Source: Candidatus Spongiihabitans sp.
Lineage (GTDB): Bacteria; Pseudomonadota; Gammaproteobacteria; Arenicellales; Poriferihabitantaceae
Assembly: GCA_965261335.1 (NCBI GenBank)
Contig: OZ253450.1
Coordinates: 2,438,650 to 2,502,649 of the forward strand
DNA: 64,000 nucleotides
Reading direction: 5' to 3'
The stretch's first letter is position 1, and each line of letters starts with the position of its first letter. This document shows positions 40,546 through 49,755 of this stretch, piece after piece. A model generated the notes under the pieces. That model saw only the letters and a program-made list of their open reading frames with translations, ran no database searches and had not been told where the DNA came from. The translations under genes were made by a program, and so were the position numbers.

Positions 40546-41571
40546 ATGAGTCCTGCTCTATATTGCGGTTGCCCGAAATGCGACACGGTTTTTAAGTTAC
40601 CGATTAACCTGCCCGATGGAAAGCGAGAGCAATCTGCTGAATTTGCTCGATGCGGAACCTGTAAGGCAGTATTTGATGTGAATATCAATCTAATGCAGAA
40701 AACTGATGACGGCTTTGTTGCGATAGGGTTGCGTCACCAGACGGGTAACAAAGCCGATTCTCATTCCTATTTCGATGATAGTGTCTATAATTATGATACG
40801 ATGAATCAGTTCGATGATTTCTCTTACGGTGGCTCATTGCAACGGGGGCAATCTGCTGAAAAAAAAATTAAAGGAACGCTCATTCGTGAGGAAGTGAATC
40901 CATTTGATGACCGTGTCCCTATCTCAATCGGGGGCAATAATAGATTGGATCTTATTGATTCAGAGGAGTCCACACGATGGTTACGTCCACAATTAGCCGA
41001 AGAACCGATCTTATCCGAGGACCCGAATACTGCCCTTAACAATATAACGGTACACAAAGCAAAGCACTACATCGCCGACCGCCCCAATCCATTAAAAATG
41101 GTTGGCTGGGGTATTGCCATAATCGGTTTTGTATGGTTGCTTGGTGTGCAGGCGAAGTATTTCTTCGTCGAGCAATATGCCCAGGACGCAACATACCGTC
41201 AATATCTGATGAGTTTTTGTAAAATTGCCGACTGTCGGTTAGCACCACGACAAGACCCTTTTCGATTTACGCTGACCTCTACCCAAATTGAGCACCATCC
41301 GAGCAAGCGGGGGGCAATGAGAGTCACCGTGAAGGCGGTTAATCAAGCCGAGTTTGCTCAACCGTATCCTTACTTACAACTGACATTATCTGACCGTGTC
41401 GGGCGGGTGGTAGGCAGACGTACATTTTCACCGAATTTGTATTTGCCCAAGGGCAAGGACAATATGGTTGCACAAGGAAAACAGGCTATTGTTGTTCTTA
41501 ATTTTGCGCGATTGCATAAGGAGGCGGTTGGATTCTTGGTGGATATTGTCTCCGCACCTGCATCGTTATAA
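40546..41571 (+). CDS. zinc-ribbon (MJ0042-type) + DUF3426 membrane protein
   Basis: N-terminal CPKCDTVF...CGTCKAVF, one TM segment (MVGWGIAIIGFVWLLGV) and a DUF3426-like C-terminus. I chose the ATG at 40546. Confidence 0.7.
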   Translation: MSPALYCGCPKCDTVFKLPINLPDGKREQSAEFARCGTCKAVFDVNINLMQKTDDGFVAIGLRHQTGNKADSHSYFDDSVYNYDTMNQFDDFSYGGSLQRGQSAEKKIKGTLIREEVNPFDDRVPISIGGNNRLDLIDSEESTRWLRPQLAEEPILSEDPNTALNNITVHKAKHYIADRPNPLKMVGWGIAIIGFVWLLGVQAKYFFVEQYAQDATYRQYLMSFCKIADCRLAPRQDPFRFTLTSTQIEHHPSKRGAMRVTVKAVNQAEFAQPYPYLQLTLSDRVGRVVGRRTFSPNLYLPKGKDNMVAQGKQAIVVLNFARLHKEAVGFLVDIVSAPASL

Positions 41572-41593
41572 ATCGACTTCGATGCCAGTTATC

Positions 41594-41653
41594 GAGACCT
41601 TTGCACGATGGTTCTTTGCCAGCAAATAAAATTCCGACTCGTGCAAATGTCTC
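41594..41653. repeat. 60-bp miniature element bounded by IS5-type TIRs
   Basis: GAGACCTTTGCAC-N34-GTGCAAATGTCTC, matching the termini of the IS5-like element. It lies 76 bp upstream of the purH start. Confidence 0.6.
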
Positions 41654-41728
41654 TTATTATTGATTCATCTGTCATTGTGCAATGCGGTTCACTTTTTAAA
41701 AGCCAGCCAAGAAAACCAAAAATATCTT

Positions 41729-43330
41729 ATGACGAACTCCGTTAGCCGTGCGTTGATCAGTGTTTCTGATAAGCATGGCATCATCGAATTTGCTCGTTCT
41801 CTGAATCAGCTTGGAATTGAAATTATATCGACTGGTGGTACTGCAAAATTATTGACCGAGCAAAGGATTCCCGTTATCGAGGTCAGCGACTATACTGGAT
41901 TTCCCGAAATGATGGATGGGCGAGTTAAAACCCTGCATCCGAAAATTCATGGCGGCATATTGGGCAGGCGAGACAAAGATGACGAAGTTATGTGTTCCAA
42001 TCAAATCGCACCGATTGACTTGGTCGTTGTCAATCTGTATCCCTTTCAACAGACCATTTCTCAAGCAGATTGTACGCTGGATTTAGCGATAGAAAACATT
42101 GACATCGGCGGACCGACGATGTTGCGAGCGGCAGCTAAGAATTTTACTGATGTTACGGTGGTAGTCGATGCAGACGATTATTCGAGAGTTTTGTCCGAAT
42201 TGACCGACAATCTGGGTAAAACTTCGCGGGCTTTGCGCTTTGATTTAGCGGTGAAAGCCTTTGAACATACTGCTGCGTATGATGGCAGTGTCGCTAATTA
42301 CCTCGCGAGATGGATTGCGGGTGATGGACAAGGAGCCGTGTTAGAAGAGACCGATGAGAGTCTATTGACCCGAACCATCAGCAGCCAATACACCAGAAAG
42401 CAGGCATTGCGCTATGGGGAGAACCCGCATCAACAAGCAGCGTTTTATGTCAAAACGGGCGCGCGTAGTGATGTTCAGAGCGTTTCTAATGCGCTACAGA
42501 TTCAAGGAAAGGCGATGTCCTATAATAATATCGCAGATACCGATGCGGCAATAGAATGTGTTAAGCAGTTTACCGACAGCCCTGCTTGCGTGATTGTCAA
42601 GCATGCCAATCCATGTGGTGTTGCGACGGCGGATAATCAGCTGCTCGCCTATGAACGTGCCTATCAGACCGATTCGGAATCGGCGTTTGGTGGCATTATC
42701 GCGTTTAATACCGTGCTGGAAGCGGACACGGTAGCGACAATAATTGTCCGACAATTTGTTGAAGTAATTGTTGCCCCCGAAATATCAGTGCAAGCACGAC
42801 AAATGTTGGCAGGAAAAAAGAATTTGCGCGTTCTTGAAATGGGTATATTGGATGGCAATGACAAGAAAAGTAATTTAGATTTTAAAAGAGTCAACGGCGG
42901 ATTATTAGTTCAGGAGATAGATGGCGAACTTTTTGAGCAATTAGAGGTGGTTACAAAACGCTCGCCGAGTGATATGGAAATGCAGGATTTATTATTTGCT
43001 TGGAAAGTCGCCAAATTTGTCAAATCCAATGCCATCATTTACGCTTCGGGACAAATGACCGTGGGCATCGGTGCTGGACAGATGAGCCGTGTAAATTCGG
43101 CGCGCATTGCGACCATTAAAGCCGAGCATGCTGGACTCAAAGTGGATAATGCGGTGCTGGCATCGGATGCCTTTTTTCCGTTTCGAGACGCGCTTGATAA
43201 TGCCGCATCGGTTGGAATCAAGGCAGTAATTCAGCCCGGCGGGGGCATGCGCGATGATGATGTGATTGCGGCTGCCAATGAACATGATATGGCGATGGTT
43301 TATACCGCAATGCGACATTTTAGACATTAG
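41729..43330 (+). CDS. purH: bifunctional AICAR transformylase / IMP cyclohydrolase
   Basis: [24 protein letters not shown] and QPGGGMRD. I chose the ATG at 41729. Confidence 0.96.
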   Translation: MTNSVSRALISVSDKHGIIEFARSLNQLGIEIISTGGTAKLLTEQRIPVIEVSDYTGFPEMMDGRVKTLHPKIHGGILGRRDKDDEVMCSNQIAPIDLVVVNLYPFQQTISQADCTLDLAIENIDIGGPTMLRAAAKNFTDVTVVVDADDYSRVLSELTDNLGKTSRALRFDLAVKAFEHTAAYDGSVANYLARWIAGDGQGAVLEETDESLLTRTISSQYTRKQALRYGENPHQQAAFYVKTGARSDVQSVSNALQIQGKAMSYNNIADTDAAIECVKQFTDSPACVIVKHANPCGVATADNQLLAYERAYQTDSESAFGGIIAFNTVLEADTVATIIVRQFVEVIVAPEISVQARQMLAGKKNLRVLEMGILDGNDKKSNLDFKRVNGGLLVQEIDGELFEQLEVVTKRSPSDMEMQDLLFAWKVAKFVKSNAIIYASGQMTVGIGAGQMSRVNSARIATIKAEHAGLKVDNAVLASDAFFPFRDALDNAASVGIKAVIQPGGGMRDDDVIAAANEHDMAMVYTAMRHFRH

Positions 43331-43340
43331 ACTCGTGAAT

Positions 43341-44516
43341 ATGGCATCAAAATACCGAGTGATACTCAGTGGCAATATTATGCCTGAATGCGACCGCCAG
43401 CAGGTTGTTGAAGGTTTAGCTGGGTTGTTTAACTCGCAGACCAGCACGATGAGGGATTTGTTGAAAGGCAATGCGGTGCCGCTCAAAAAACAATACGACC
43501 AAGCACAAGCACAGGTAATTTGCACCCATATCCAGCAACTCGGCGCACAATGTCGAATTGAAGAAATCCTCGAAGTCGAATCAAATGCACAAAGGGTTGA
43601 TCCTGTCCATGACTCGGAAACAGAATCGGCAGCAGAAAATCAAACGCACTCCACATGCACCTCATCGGAGACGGGTACACTGCATTCTGATTTTCGCACT
43701 CGGCTAATGCGTTTTGTGAATCGTAATACGGATTATTATGGGCATCAATTCAGTCAATTTACCATTCCCTATGAAAACGACTCGGATACGAAAACCCGCC
43801 AATTAAAATTCAAAATTACTTGGCACTGGCCTGCGTTTTTTTGTTTTTTCTTCTGGGCATTGTATAGAAAAATGTGGCTTTGGGCTGCCTTGCAGACGGT
43901 CGGTGGCATCGGGCTGTTGCTTTGGTTGCAATCGGGTTCGATTTATCTTGTTTGGAAGTGTATCTGGGCAGTGCTGGCAAATTTTCTGTATTTCAAAATG
44001 GCAGTCACGAGGATCAACTGGACGCTGGACAACCCAAAATATGGACAATATCTTGCTAAAGGTGGGGTCAGCAAAAGGGCTGTTTTAAGCGGTGTTCTGA
44101 TTGCATTGTTGTCGAGTGTGCTGATAAGCAATTATATGGTGGCTCAATTTCTGGATGAATATGGTGAGCAAATCGAAGACGTATTGCCCGCTTCTGGAAG
44201 CCAAATTCGTGGTAATGGTTTAAGTCTTGAACGGGTTGTTACGGAACCAAAACTGGCTCGCACGTCCCTAATTTTAAGTGTTCTTGCCACATCGATTAAA
44301 ATTTTGCTAATCAAAAGCAACGAGCAACATGTCCCGCCGACACAATCGGTTATGGACGCATTTGTTGAACAACTGAACGCCCGCGAAATTAATGATGGCT
44401 GGGGTAGTATGATTCGTATTGAGCAACATGTTGATCGGTATGTGTTGCTTTCTGCTGGACCGGATCAGGTTTTCAAAACCGATGATGATGTCCAGCAGCC
44501 GGTGACAATCCCATGA
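43341..44516 (+). CDS. DUF2628-type membrane protein with a pseudopilin (GspG)-like C-terminal motif
   Basis: Soluble N-domain of about 75 aa. DUF2628 core WHWPAFFCFFFWALYRKMWLWAAL. C-terminus DGWGSMIRIEQHVDRYVLLSAGPDQVFKTDDDV resembles the T2SS-G C-terminal consensus. Confidence 0.6.
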   Translation: MASKYRVILSGNIMPECDRQQVVEGLAGLFNSQTSTMRDLLKGNAVPLKKQYDQAQAQVICTHIQQLGAQCRIEEILEVESNAQRVDPVHDSETESAAENQTHSTCTSSETGTLHSDFRTRLMRFVNRNTDYYGHQFSQFTIPYENDSDTKTRQLKFKITWHWPAFFCFFFWALYRKMWLWAALQTVGGIGLLLWLQSGSIYLVWKCIWAVLANFLYFKMAVTRINWTLDNPKYGQYLAKGGVSKRAVLSGVLIALLSSVLISNYMVAQFLDEYGEQIEDVLPASGSQIRGNGLSLERVVTEPKLARTSLILSVLATSIKILLIKSNEQHVPPTQSVMDAFVEQLNAREINDGWGSMIRIEQHVDRYVLLSAGPDQVFKTDDDVQQPVTIP

Positions 44517-44529
44517 TTTACTCCATCGC

Positions 44530-45822
44530 ATGAAAGTATTGATTGTTGGTGGTGGCGGGCGTGAACACGCATTGGCATGGAAGGTTCGACAGTCGGCTCT
44601 GGTTAGCGAGGTCTATGTCGCACCGGGCAATGCAGGGACGCAGAACGAAGCGGGTATTAGTAATGTTAACATATCGACAGATGATGTCGATCGCCTGATA
44701 GAGTTCGCGCAACAAAGCGAAATTGATTTGACTATTATTGGACCCGAAGGCCCGTTGGTCAACGGTATTGTCGATCAATTTCAACAGGTCGGGCGAGCAT
44801 GCTTTGGTCCGTCACAGCAAGCTGCTCGTTTGGAAGGCTCAAAAACCTTTGCGAAGGAATTTTTGTCCCGACATGCTATTCCCACGGCGGCGTATAAAAG
44901 TTTTACCGAGTTATTACCTGCATTAGGTTATCTGGAATCGGTTGCATTACCTGTGGTGATAAAAGCGGATGGATTAGCCGCCGGCAAAGGGGTGATTATT
45001 GCCGACACCCGAGAACAGGGCAGAAATGCCATAACCGACATGTTGTCAGATAACCGATTTGGTCAGGCCGGGAGTCGCGTAGTTATTGAAGAGTTTTTAA
45101 ATGGTGAGGAAGCCAGTTTTATCTGCATGGTTGATGGCAAACACGTTTTGGCGATGGCTTCCAGTCAAGATCATAAGGCGGCATTTGATGGTGACACAGG
45201 GCCGAATACTGGCGGTATGGGCGCGTATTCTCCAGCACCGATTATTGATGAAACAGTACATGCGACCATTATGCAAGAAATTTTGCAGCCGACCGTTGAT
45301 GGGCTGGCATCTGAAGGCATGCCCTATGTCGGGTTTTTATATGTTGGACTCATGATTCGTGATGGCATCCCTAAAGTACTGGAATACAACTGTCGTTTCG
45401 GTGATCCCGAAACACAGCCGATTATGATGCGCTTAAAATCAGATATTGTTGCATTGTGCCTAGCCACTTTGGAGGGCAAGCTCGACTGCCAAAAAGTGCG
45501 TTGGGATTCCCGTGCGGCACTCGGGGTCGTTATGGCAGCTGATGGGTACCCGGATTCCTGTGAACAGGGTCATGTCATTCACGGTCTATCGGGCGATGAC
45601 AGACACGATGACGTTAAAATTTTTCATGCGGGTACGAAGACGAAAAATGGTAAAATAATAACCGCTGGTGGTAGAGTGCTTTGTGCCACGGCATTGGGCA
45701 ATAAAATTGAATATGCCCAACAAACCGCCTATGCACTAGCAAAATCCGTCTATTGGCGAGGGTGCTGGTATCGAAATGATATTGGACACCAAGCGATAAA
45801 TATTGATTCGAAACGATATTAA
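44530..45822 (+). CDS. purD: phosphoribosylamine-glycine ligase
   Basis: MKVLIVGGGGREHALAWK, ADGLAAGKGV and EYNCRFGDPE. Confidence 0.96.
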   Translation: MKVLIVGGGGREHALAWKVRQSALVSEVYVAPGNAGTQNEAGISNVNISTDDVDRLIEFAQQSEIDLTIIGPEGPLVNGIVDQFQQVGRACFGPSQQAARLEGSKTFAKEFLSRHAIPTAAYKSFTELLPALGYLESVALPVVIKADGLAAGKGVIIADTREQGRNAITDMLSDNRFGQAGSRVVIEEFLNGEEASFICMVDGKHVLAMASSQDHKAAFDGDTGPNTGGMGAYSPAPIIDETVHATIMQEILQPTVDGLASEGMPYVGFLYVGLMIRDGIPKVLEYNCRFGDPETQPIMMRLKSDIVALCLATLEGKLDCQKVRWDSRAALGVVMAADGYPDSCEQGHVIHGLSGDDRHDDVKIFHAGTKTKNGKIITAGGRVLCATALGNKIEYAQQTAYALAKSVYWRGCWYRNDIGHQAINIDSKRY

Positions 45823-45832
45823 ACCAAATAAA

Positions 45833-46258
45833 ATGTTGAGTAATTCTAATCCGCTGAATTTTGAACTCCTTGCCCAGCGAGTAACGAAAATGCATGCCTT
45901 ACGATTAGGGCTGCTCATCGTGTTGATTATCGTTTTCTGGCGTGCTTGTTCCCCCAACATGCTGGAATCGTGGAATTGGATGCATGATAATTTGACCAAC
46001 CCTGATTCGATATACGATAAACTGTTGCACGCGATCACTTTTTTCTTATTAGGGATATGGGCACAGTTCGTATTCACACAATACAAACATAAAATAATAT
46101 TGATTGCTCTGCTGTCGCTTTATGGTCTCGTTATCGAATGCGTACAATACTTTGTATCCGGACGATTCTTTTCATTGGTAGATTGGCTGATGGATCTGCT
46201 GGGATTGGGGCTCGCCATACTGCTGGTGTCTCTTTATCAACTGGTCCGGAATCATTAG
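45833..46258 (+). CDS. VanZ-like family membrane protein (start uncertain)
   Basis: 4 TM segments. HAITFFLLG and ECVQYFVSGRFFSLVDWLMD motifs. Alternative starts at 45803 and 45890. Confidence 0.65.
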   Translation: MLSNSNPLNFELLAQRVTKMHALRLGLLIVLIIVFWRACSPNMLESWNWMHDNLTNPDSIYDKLLHAITFFLLGIWAQFVFTQYKHKIILIALLSLYGLVIECVQYFVSGRFFSLVDWLMDLLGLGLAILLVSLYQLVRNH

Positions 46259-46288
46259 AATCGGTTGAGTAATATTATTCATTTTTTC

Positions 46289-46318
46289 AAGGTAATTTCA
46301 TAAAAGGTAATTTCATAA
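46289..46318 (+). repeat. perfect tandem duplication of 15 bp (AAGGTAATTTCATAA x2) ending 1 nt before the purE ATG
   Basis: Read directly. The second copy supplies the only AAGG SD-like sequence. Confidence 0.9.
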
Positions 46319-46319
46319 C

Positions 46320-46862
46320 ATGACAAAATTGTTCGTCGCCGTTTTAGTCGGCTCTGATTCAGATTTACCCGTGATGCAATCGACATTTCAGGTGCTGGAC
46401 AAGCTGAATATTCCATGGGAAGCCAAAATTACTTCAGCCCACCGTACTCCGCAGGCGACTCATCACTATGTCAAGGATGCCGAGCAAAGAGGTTGTGCCA
46501 TATTTATTGCGGCAGCCGGACTGGCCGCCCATCTAGCGGGAACGGTTGCGAGTTTGACCATAAAACCGGTCATCGGTGTACCAATGGATGGAGGCCCGTT
46601 AAATGGTCAGGATGCGTTGTTATCTACGGTGCAAATGCCCGGTGGCATACCCGTTGCAGGTATGGCAATCGGCAAGGCAGGGGCAAAGAATGCAGCGTAT
46701 TTGGCAGCGCAGATTTTGGCAGTGTCCGATCCAGCAACAGGTGACAGGATTCGCGTAGAGCGAGAGGAAAACATCAAGCAAATAATGCACAAAGATGCCA
46801 CGCTACAACAGACATTAAGGCGCACTACCAGCACTCATCCAAAGGGAGCGACACCCAATTGA
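46320..46862 (+). CDS. purE: N5-carboxyaminoimidazole ribonucleotide mutase
   Basis: VGSDSDLPVM, SAHRTP, AAGLAAHLAG and VIGVP. No purK is adjacent. Confidence 0.93.
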   Translation: MTKLFVAVLVGSDSDLPVMQSTFQVLDKLNIPWEAKITSAHRTPQATHHYVKDAEQRGCAIFIAAAGLAAHLAGTVASLTIKPVIGVPMDGGPLNGQDALLSTVQMPGGIPVAGMAIGKAGAKNAAYLAAQILAVSDPATGDRIRVEREENIKQIMHKDATLQQTLRRTTSTHPKGATPN

Positions 46863-47413
46863 TGCTTTCATCCATATCAGAAACGGCCAATATCGTGCGT
46901 CAGGGCGGGGTTATTGCCTATCCTACGGAATCATGTTATGGCTTCGGTTGCGACCCCAATAACCATCACGCAGTACGGCGTATTTTGAAAATCAAACACC
47001 GTAGTAGGCACAAAGGATTGATTTTGGTTGCGGATCATCTGTGTCGATTACGCTGTTTTATAAAGCCGCTTCCGCAAACATTCAAAGAGGAGTTTTTGGC
47101 GACTTGGCCCGGACCTTATACTTGGTTGTTGCCGGCCCGACATCGTGTTTCTCGTTGGTTGCGCGGAAATCATGCCACGATTGCAGTGCGTGTTTCCGCA
47201 CATCGTCAGGTCAAATTGCTGTGCCGCGCTACGGGTATGGCGATTGTGTCCACCAGCGCAAATCGTTCCCGACAAACAATTTCGCGTTCGGCTGTCGATG
47301 TTGAGCGTCAATTTGGCAATGAAATTGACTGTATTATGGAAGGGTCGATCGGTTGTGCGCGTTCGCCGACCGTTATCCGTGATGGTGTCACTGGAGAATA
47401 CATCAGAAACTAA
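46862..47413 (+). CDS. tsaC: L-threonylcarbamoyladenylate synthase type 1 (YrdC/TsaC)
   Basis: VIAYPTESCYGFGCDP, KGLILV and VSTSANRS. The ATG overlaps the purE stop (TGATG). Confidence 0.88.
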   Translation: MLSSISETANIVRQGGVIAYPTESCYGFGCDPNNHHAVRRILKIKHRSRHKGLILVADHLCRLRCFIKPLPQTFKEEFLATWPGPYTWLLPARHRVSRWLRGNHATIAVRVSAHRQVKLLCRATGMAIVSTSANRSRQTISRSAVDVERQFGNEIDCIMEGSIGCARSPTVIRDGVTGEYIRN

Positions 47414-47465
47414 TTATCAAAACCAGATACCCATTTCGAGTTATGAATATTGATAGCACGGTGCG

Positions 47466-48428
47466 ATGAGTCAGGTAAGTCAGGCGGTTGCTTTTTTTAA
47501 GCAACTACAAATCCAATGTTGCAACCAATTTCAGGCATTCAGTCCAGAATCTACGTTCGATACCGATCAATGGACACATCAAACGGGTGGCGGCGGTATT
47601 ACTAGAGTGATCGAAAATAGTCATGTTTTTGAAAAAGGCGGAGTTAATTTTTCTCACATCAAAGGCGATAGCCTGCCAGAGGCAGCAACCGCATCCAGAG
47701 CTCATATAGCGGGGAAGCCTTTCGAAGCGAGCGGTGTATCGGTGATCATGCACCCGCTGAACCCGTTTGTGCCGACTGCACATCTGAATGTGCGTTTTTT
47801 TATTGCCAACCCCGCGTCCCGTCATCCGATTTGGTGGTTCGGAGGCGGTTATGATTTAACCCCTTATTATGGGTTTGTAGAAGATTGTAAACACTGGCAC
47901 CAAACGGCAAAATCAGCCTGCGATCAATTTAATCCGAATTTTTATCCTCAATTTAAGGCACAGTGTGATGAATATTTTTTCATCAAGCATAGAAATGAAC
48001 ACAGAGGCATCGGCGGATTGTTTTTTGATGATTTCAATGATCTTGAGTTCGGTGATTCTCTCGAATTTATACGGCATGTTGGCAACAGTTTTCTTGATGC
48101 CTATGTGCCGATAGTCGAAAAGCGCAGAAGGACAAAATATAGCGATGCTAACCGCGATTATCAATGTTACCGTCGCGGTCGTTATGTTGAGTTTAATTTG
48201 ATTTATGATCGTGGCACGATTTTTGGTTTACAGTCAGCAGGGCGGACAGAATCTATATTGATGTCCATGCCGCCCACAGTGAAATGGACATATAACTGGC
48301 AGCCATCAGCAGGAAGCGAAGAAGAAAAACTGATTCGCTACTATCTCAAACCAAAAGACTGGGCAGTTAAGTCGAAAAGTACATCTGATTATCCATTAGT
48401 GCAGACGAGAAACCGTTTATTGTTTTAA
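47466..48428 (+). CDS. hemF: oxygen-dependent coproporphyrinogen-III oxidase
   Basis: GGGITRV, HPLNPFVPTAHLNVRFF, WFGGGYDLTPYY, RGIGGLFFDD and YVEFNLIYDRGT. Confidence 0.95.
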   Translation: MSQVSQAVAFFKQLQIQCCNQFQAFSPESTFDTDQWTHQTGGGGITRVIENSHVFEKGGVNFSHIKGDSLPEAATASRAHIAGKPFEASGVSVIMHPLNPFVPTAHLNVRFFIANPASRHPIWWFGGGYDLTPYYGFVEDCKHWHQTAKSACDQFNPNFYPQFKAQCDEYFFIKHRNEHRGIGGLFFDDFNDLEFGDSLEFIRHVGNSFLDAYVPIVEKRRRTKYSDANRDYQCYRRGRYVEFNLIYDRGTIFGLQSAGRTESILMSMPPTVKWTYNWQPSAGSEEEKLIRYYLKPKDWAVKSKSTSDYPLVQTRNRLLF

Positions 48429-48442
48429 TCGTACTGACCGTT

Positions 48443-49741
48443 ATGTTGACACTTTATAGAATTGTTCTGTACCTCGTTTTACCAGCGGTGATATTTCGCA
48501 TACTGTATCGTGCTTATCGAGATTCTCAATATCGCACTAAACTATTGCAGCGATTTGGATTTGGACTGCACTTATCAAGCATTAAAAACAATTCGGATAA
48601 AGGTCATCGGCAGGAGGACGGAATCTGGATACATGCGGTTTCTGTGGGCGAGGTAAATGCGGCTATCCCTTTAGTAAACAACCTGTTGGTTCGATTCCCG
48701 AATACGGTTATTACCATCACCACGATGACACCAACCGGTTCAGAGTGCGTACTAAAAATATTGGGTGACAGCGTGCAACATTGTTATTTGCCCTATGATT
48801 ATCCCTGCGCGGTCAAGCGATTTTTAAATGCGGTACGTCCGCGATTAGCAATGGTGATGGAGACCGAGATTTGGCCTAATTTAATTGATGAATGTCACCA
48901 TCGACACATTCCGATCATCTATACCAATGTTCGCTTATCTGGCAGATCTCATCGATCCTATTTAAGATTCAGAGCACTCTTTTCTCCAACGCTCAAAAAA
49001 GTCACTCAATTTGCAGTGCAAGCCAGAGCAGATGCCGAGCGTTTGATTGATATTGGTGCAGATGAAAATACGGTACAAGTGACAGGCAGTATCAAGTTTG
49101 AAATGGAACTACCTGCTAGTGTTAGTGAGATGGCTCAATCGGTGCGTCGTGACTTGGGCTGGAAGCGTCCGATTTGGGTGGCGGGTAGCACACATGAAGG
49201 CGAAGAATCGCAAGTGATCGAAGCATATTTGAATGCCAGAAAAGAAATTAAACATTTATTATTGGTTTTAGTACCACGTCACCCAGAACGATTTTCCAGC
49301 GTTTTTAAGTTAGCCGTTCGTTATCAATGCAAAACGGTTTTGCGCTCGCAATCGAATACGCAGATTCCAGCCGATACTGAAATTTACATTGCCGATACGA
49401 TGGGAGAGCTACCGCTATTCATTGCGACTGCTGATATTGCGTTTATCGGCGGTAGTCTCGTGCCGACGGGCGGGCATAATTTGCTGGAGTCGTGTGCGGC
49501 TGGGGTAGCCGTCCTATTTGGTCCGTATATATTTAATTTTCAAGAAATTTCTAATTTGGTTTTATCGAAAGGTGCGGGTGTTCAAGTTATGAACAGTAAT
49601 GAATTATGCGAGGTGGTTGTAAAATTACTTAACGATCCGGTGCTACGAAGTCAATATGGTCTGAAGGGCAGAGAACTCATCGCAGAGAACAAAGGGGCAT
49701 TGGAAGAAATAGTTGCCATTGTCGATAGATGCATGGCTTAA
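48443..49741 (+). CDS. waaA: 3-deoxy-D-manno-octulosonic acid transferase
   Basis: WIHAVSVGEVNAAIPL, ETEIWPN, LVPRHPERF and GGSLVPTGGHNLLE. Confidence 0.93.
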   Translation: MLTLYRIVLYLVLPAVIFRILYRAYRDSQYRTKLLQRFGFGLHLSSIKNNSDKGHRQEDGIWIHAVSVGEVNAAIPLVNNLLVRFPNTVITITTMTPTGSECVLKILGDSVQHCYLPYDYPCAVKRFLNAVRPRLAMVMETEIWPNLIDECHHRHIPIIYTNVRLSGRSHRSYLRFRALFSPTLKKVTQFAVQARADAERLIDIGADENTVQVTGSIKFEMELPASVSEMAQSVRRDLGWKRPIWVAGSTHEGEESQVIEAYLNARKEIKHLLLVLVPRHPERFSSVFKLAVRYQCKTVLRSQSNTQIPADTEIYIADTMGELPLFIATADIAFIGGSLVPTGGHNLLESCAAGVAVLFGPYIFNFQEISNLVLSKGAGVQVMNSNELCEVVVKLLNDPVLRSQYGLKGRELIAENKGALEEIVAIVDRCMA

Positions 49742-49755
49742 GCAATGTTGGTAAA

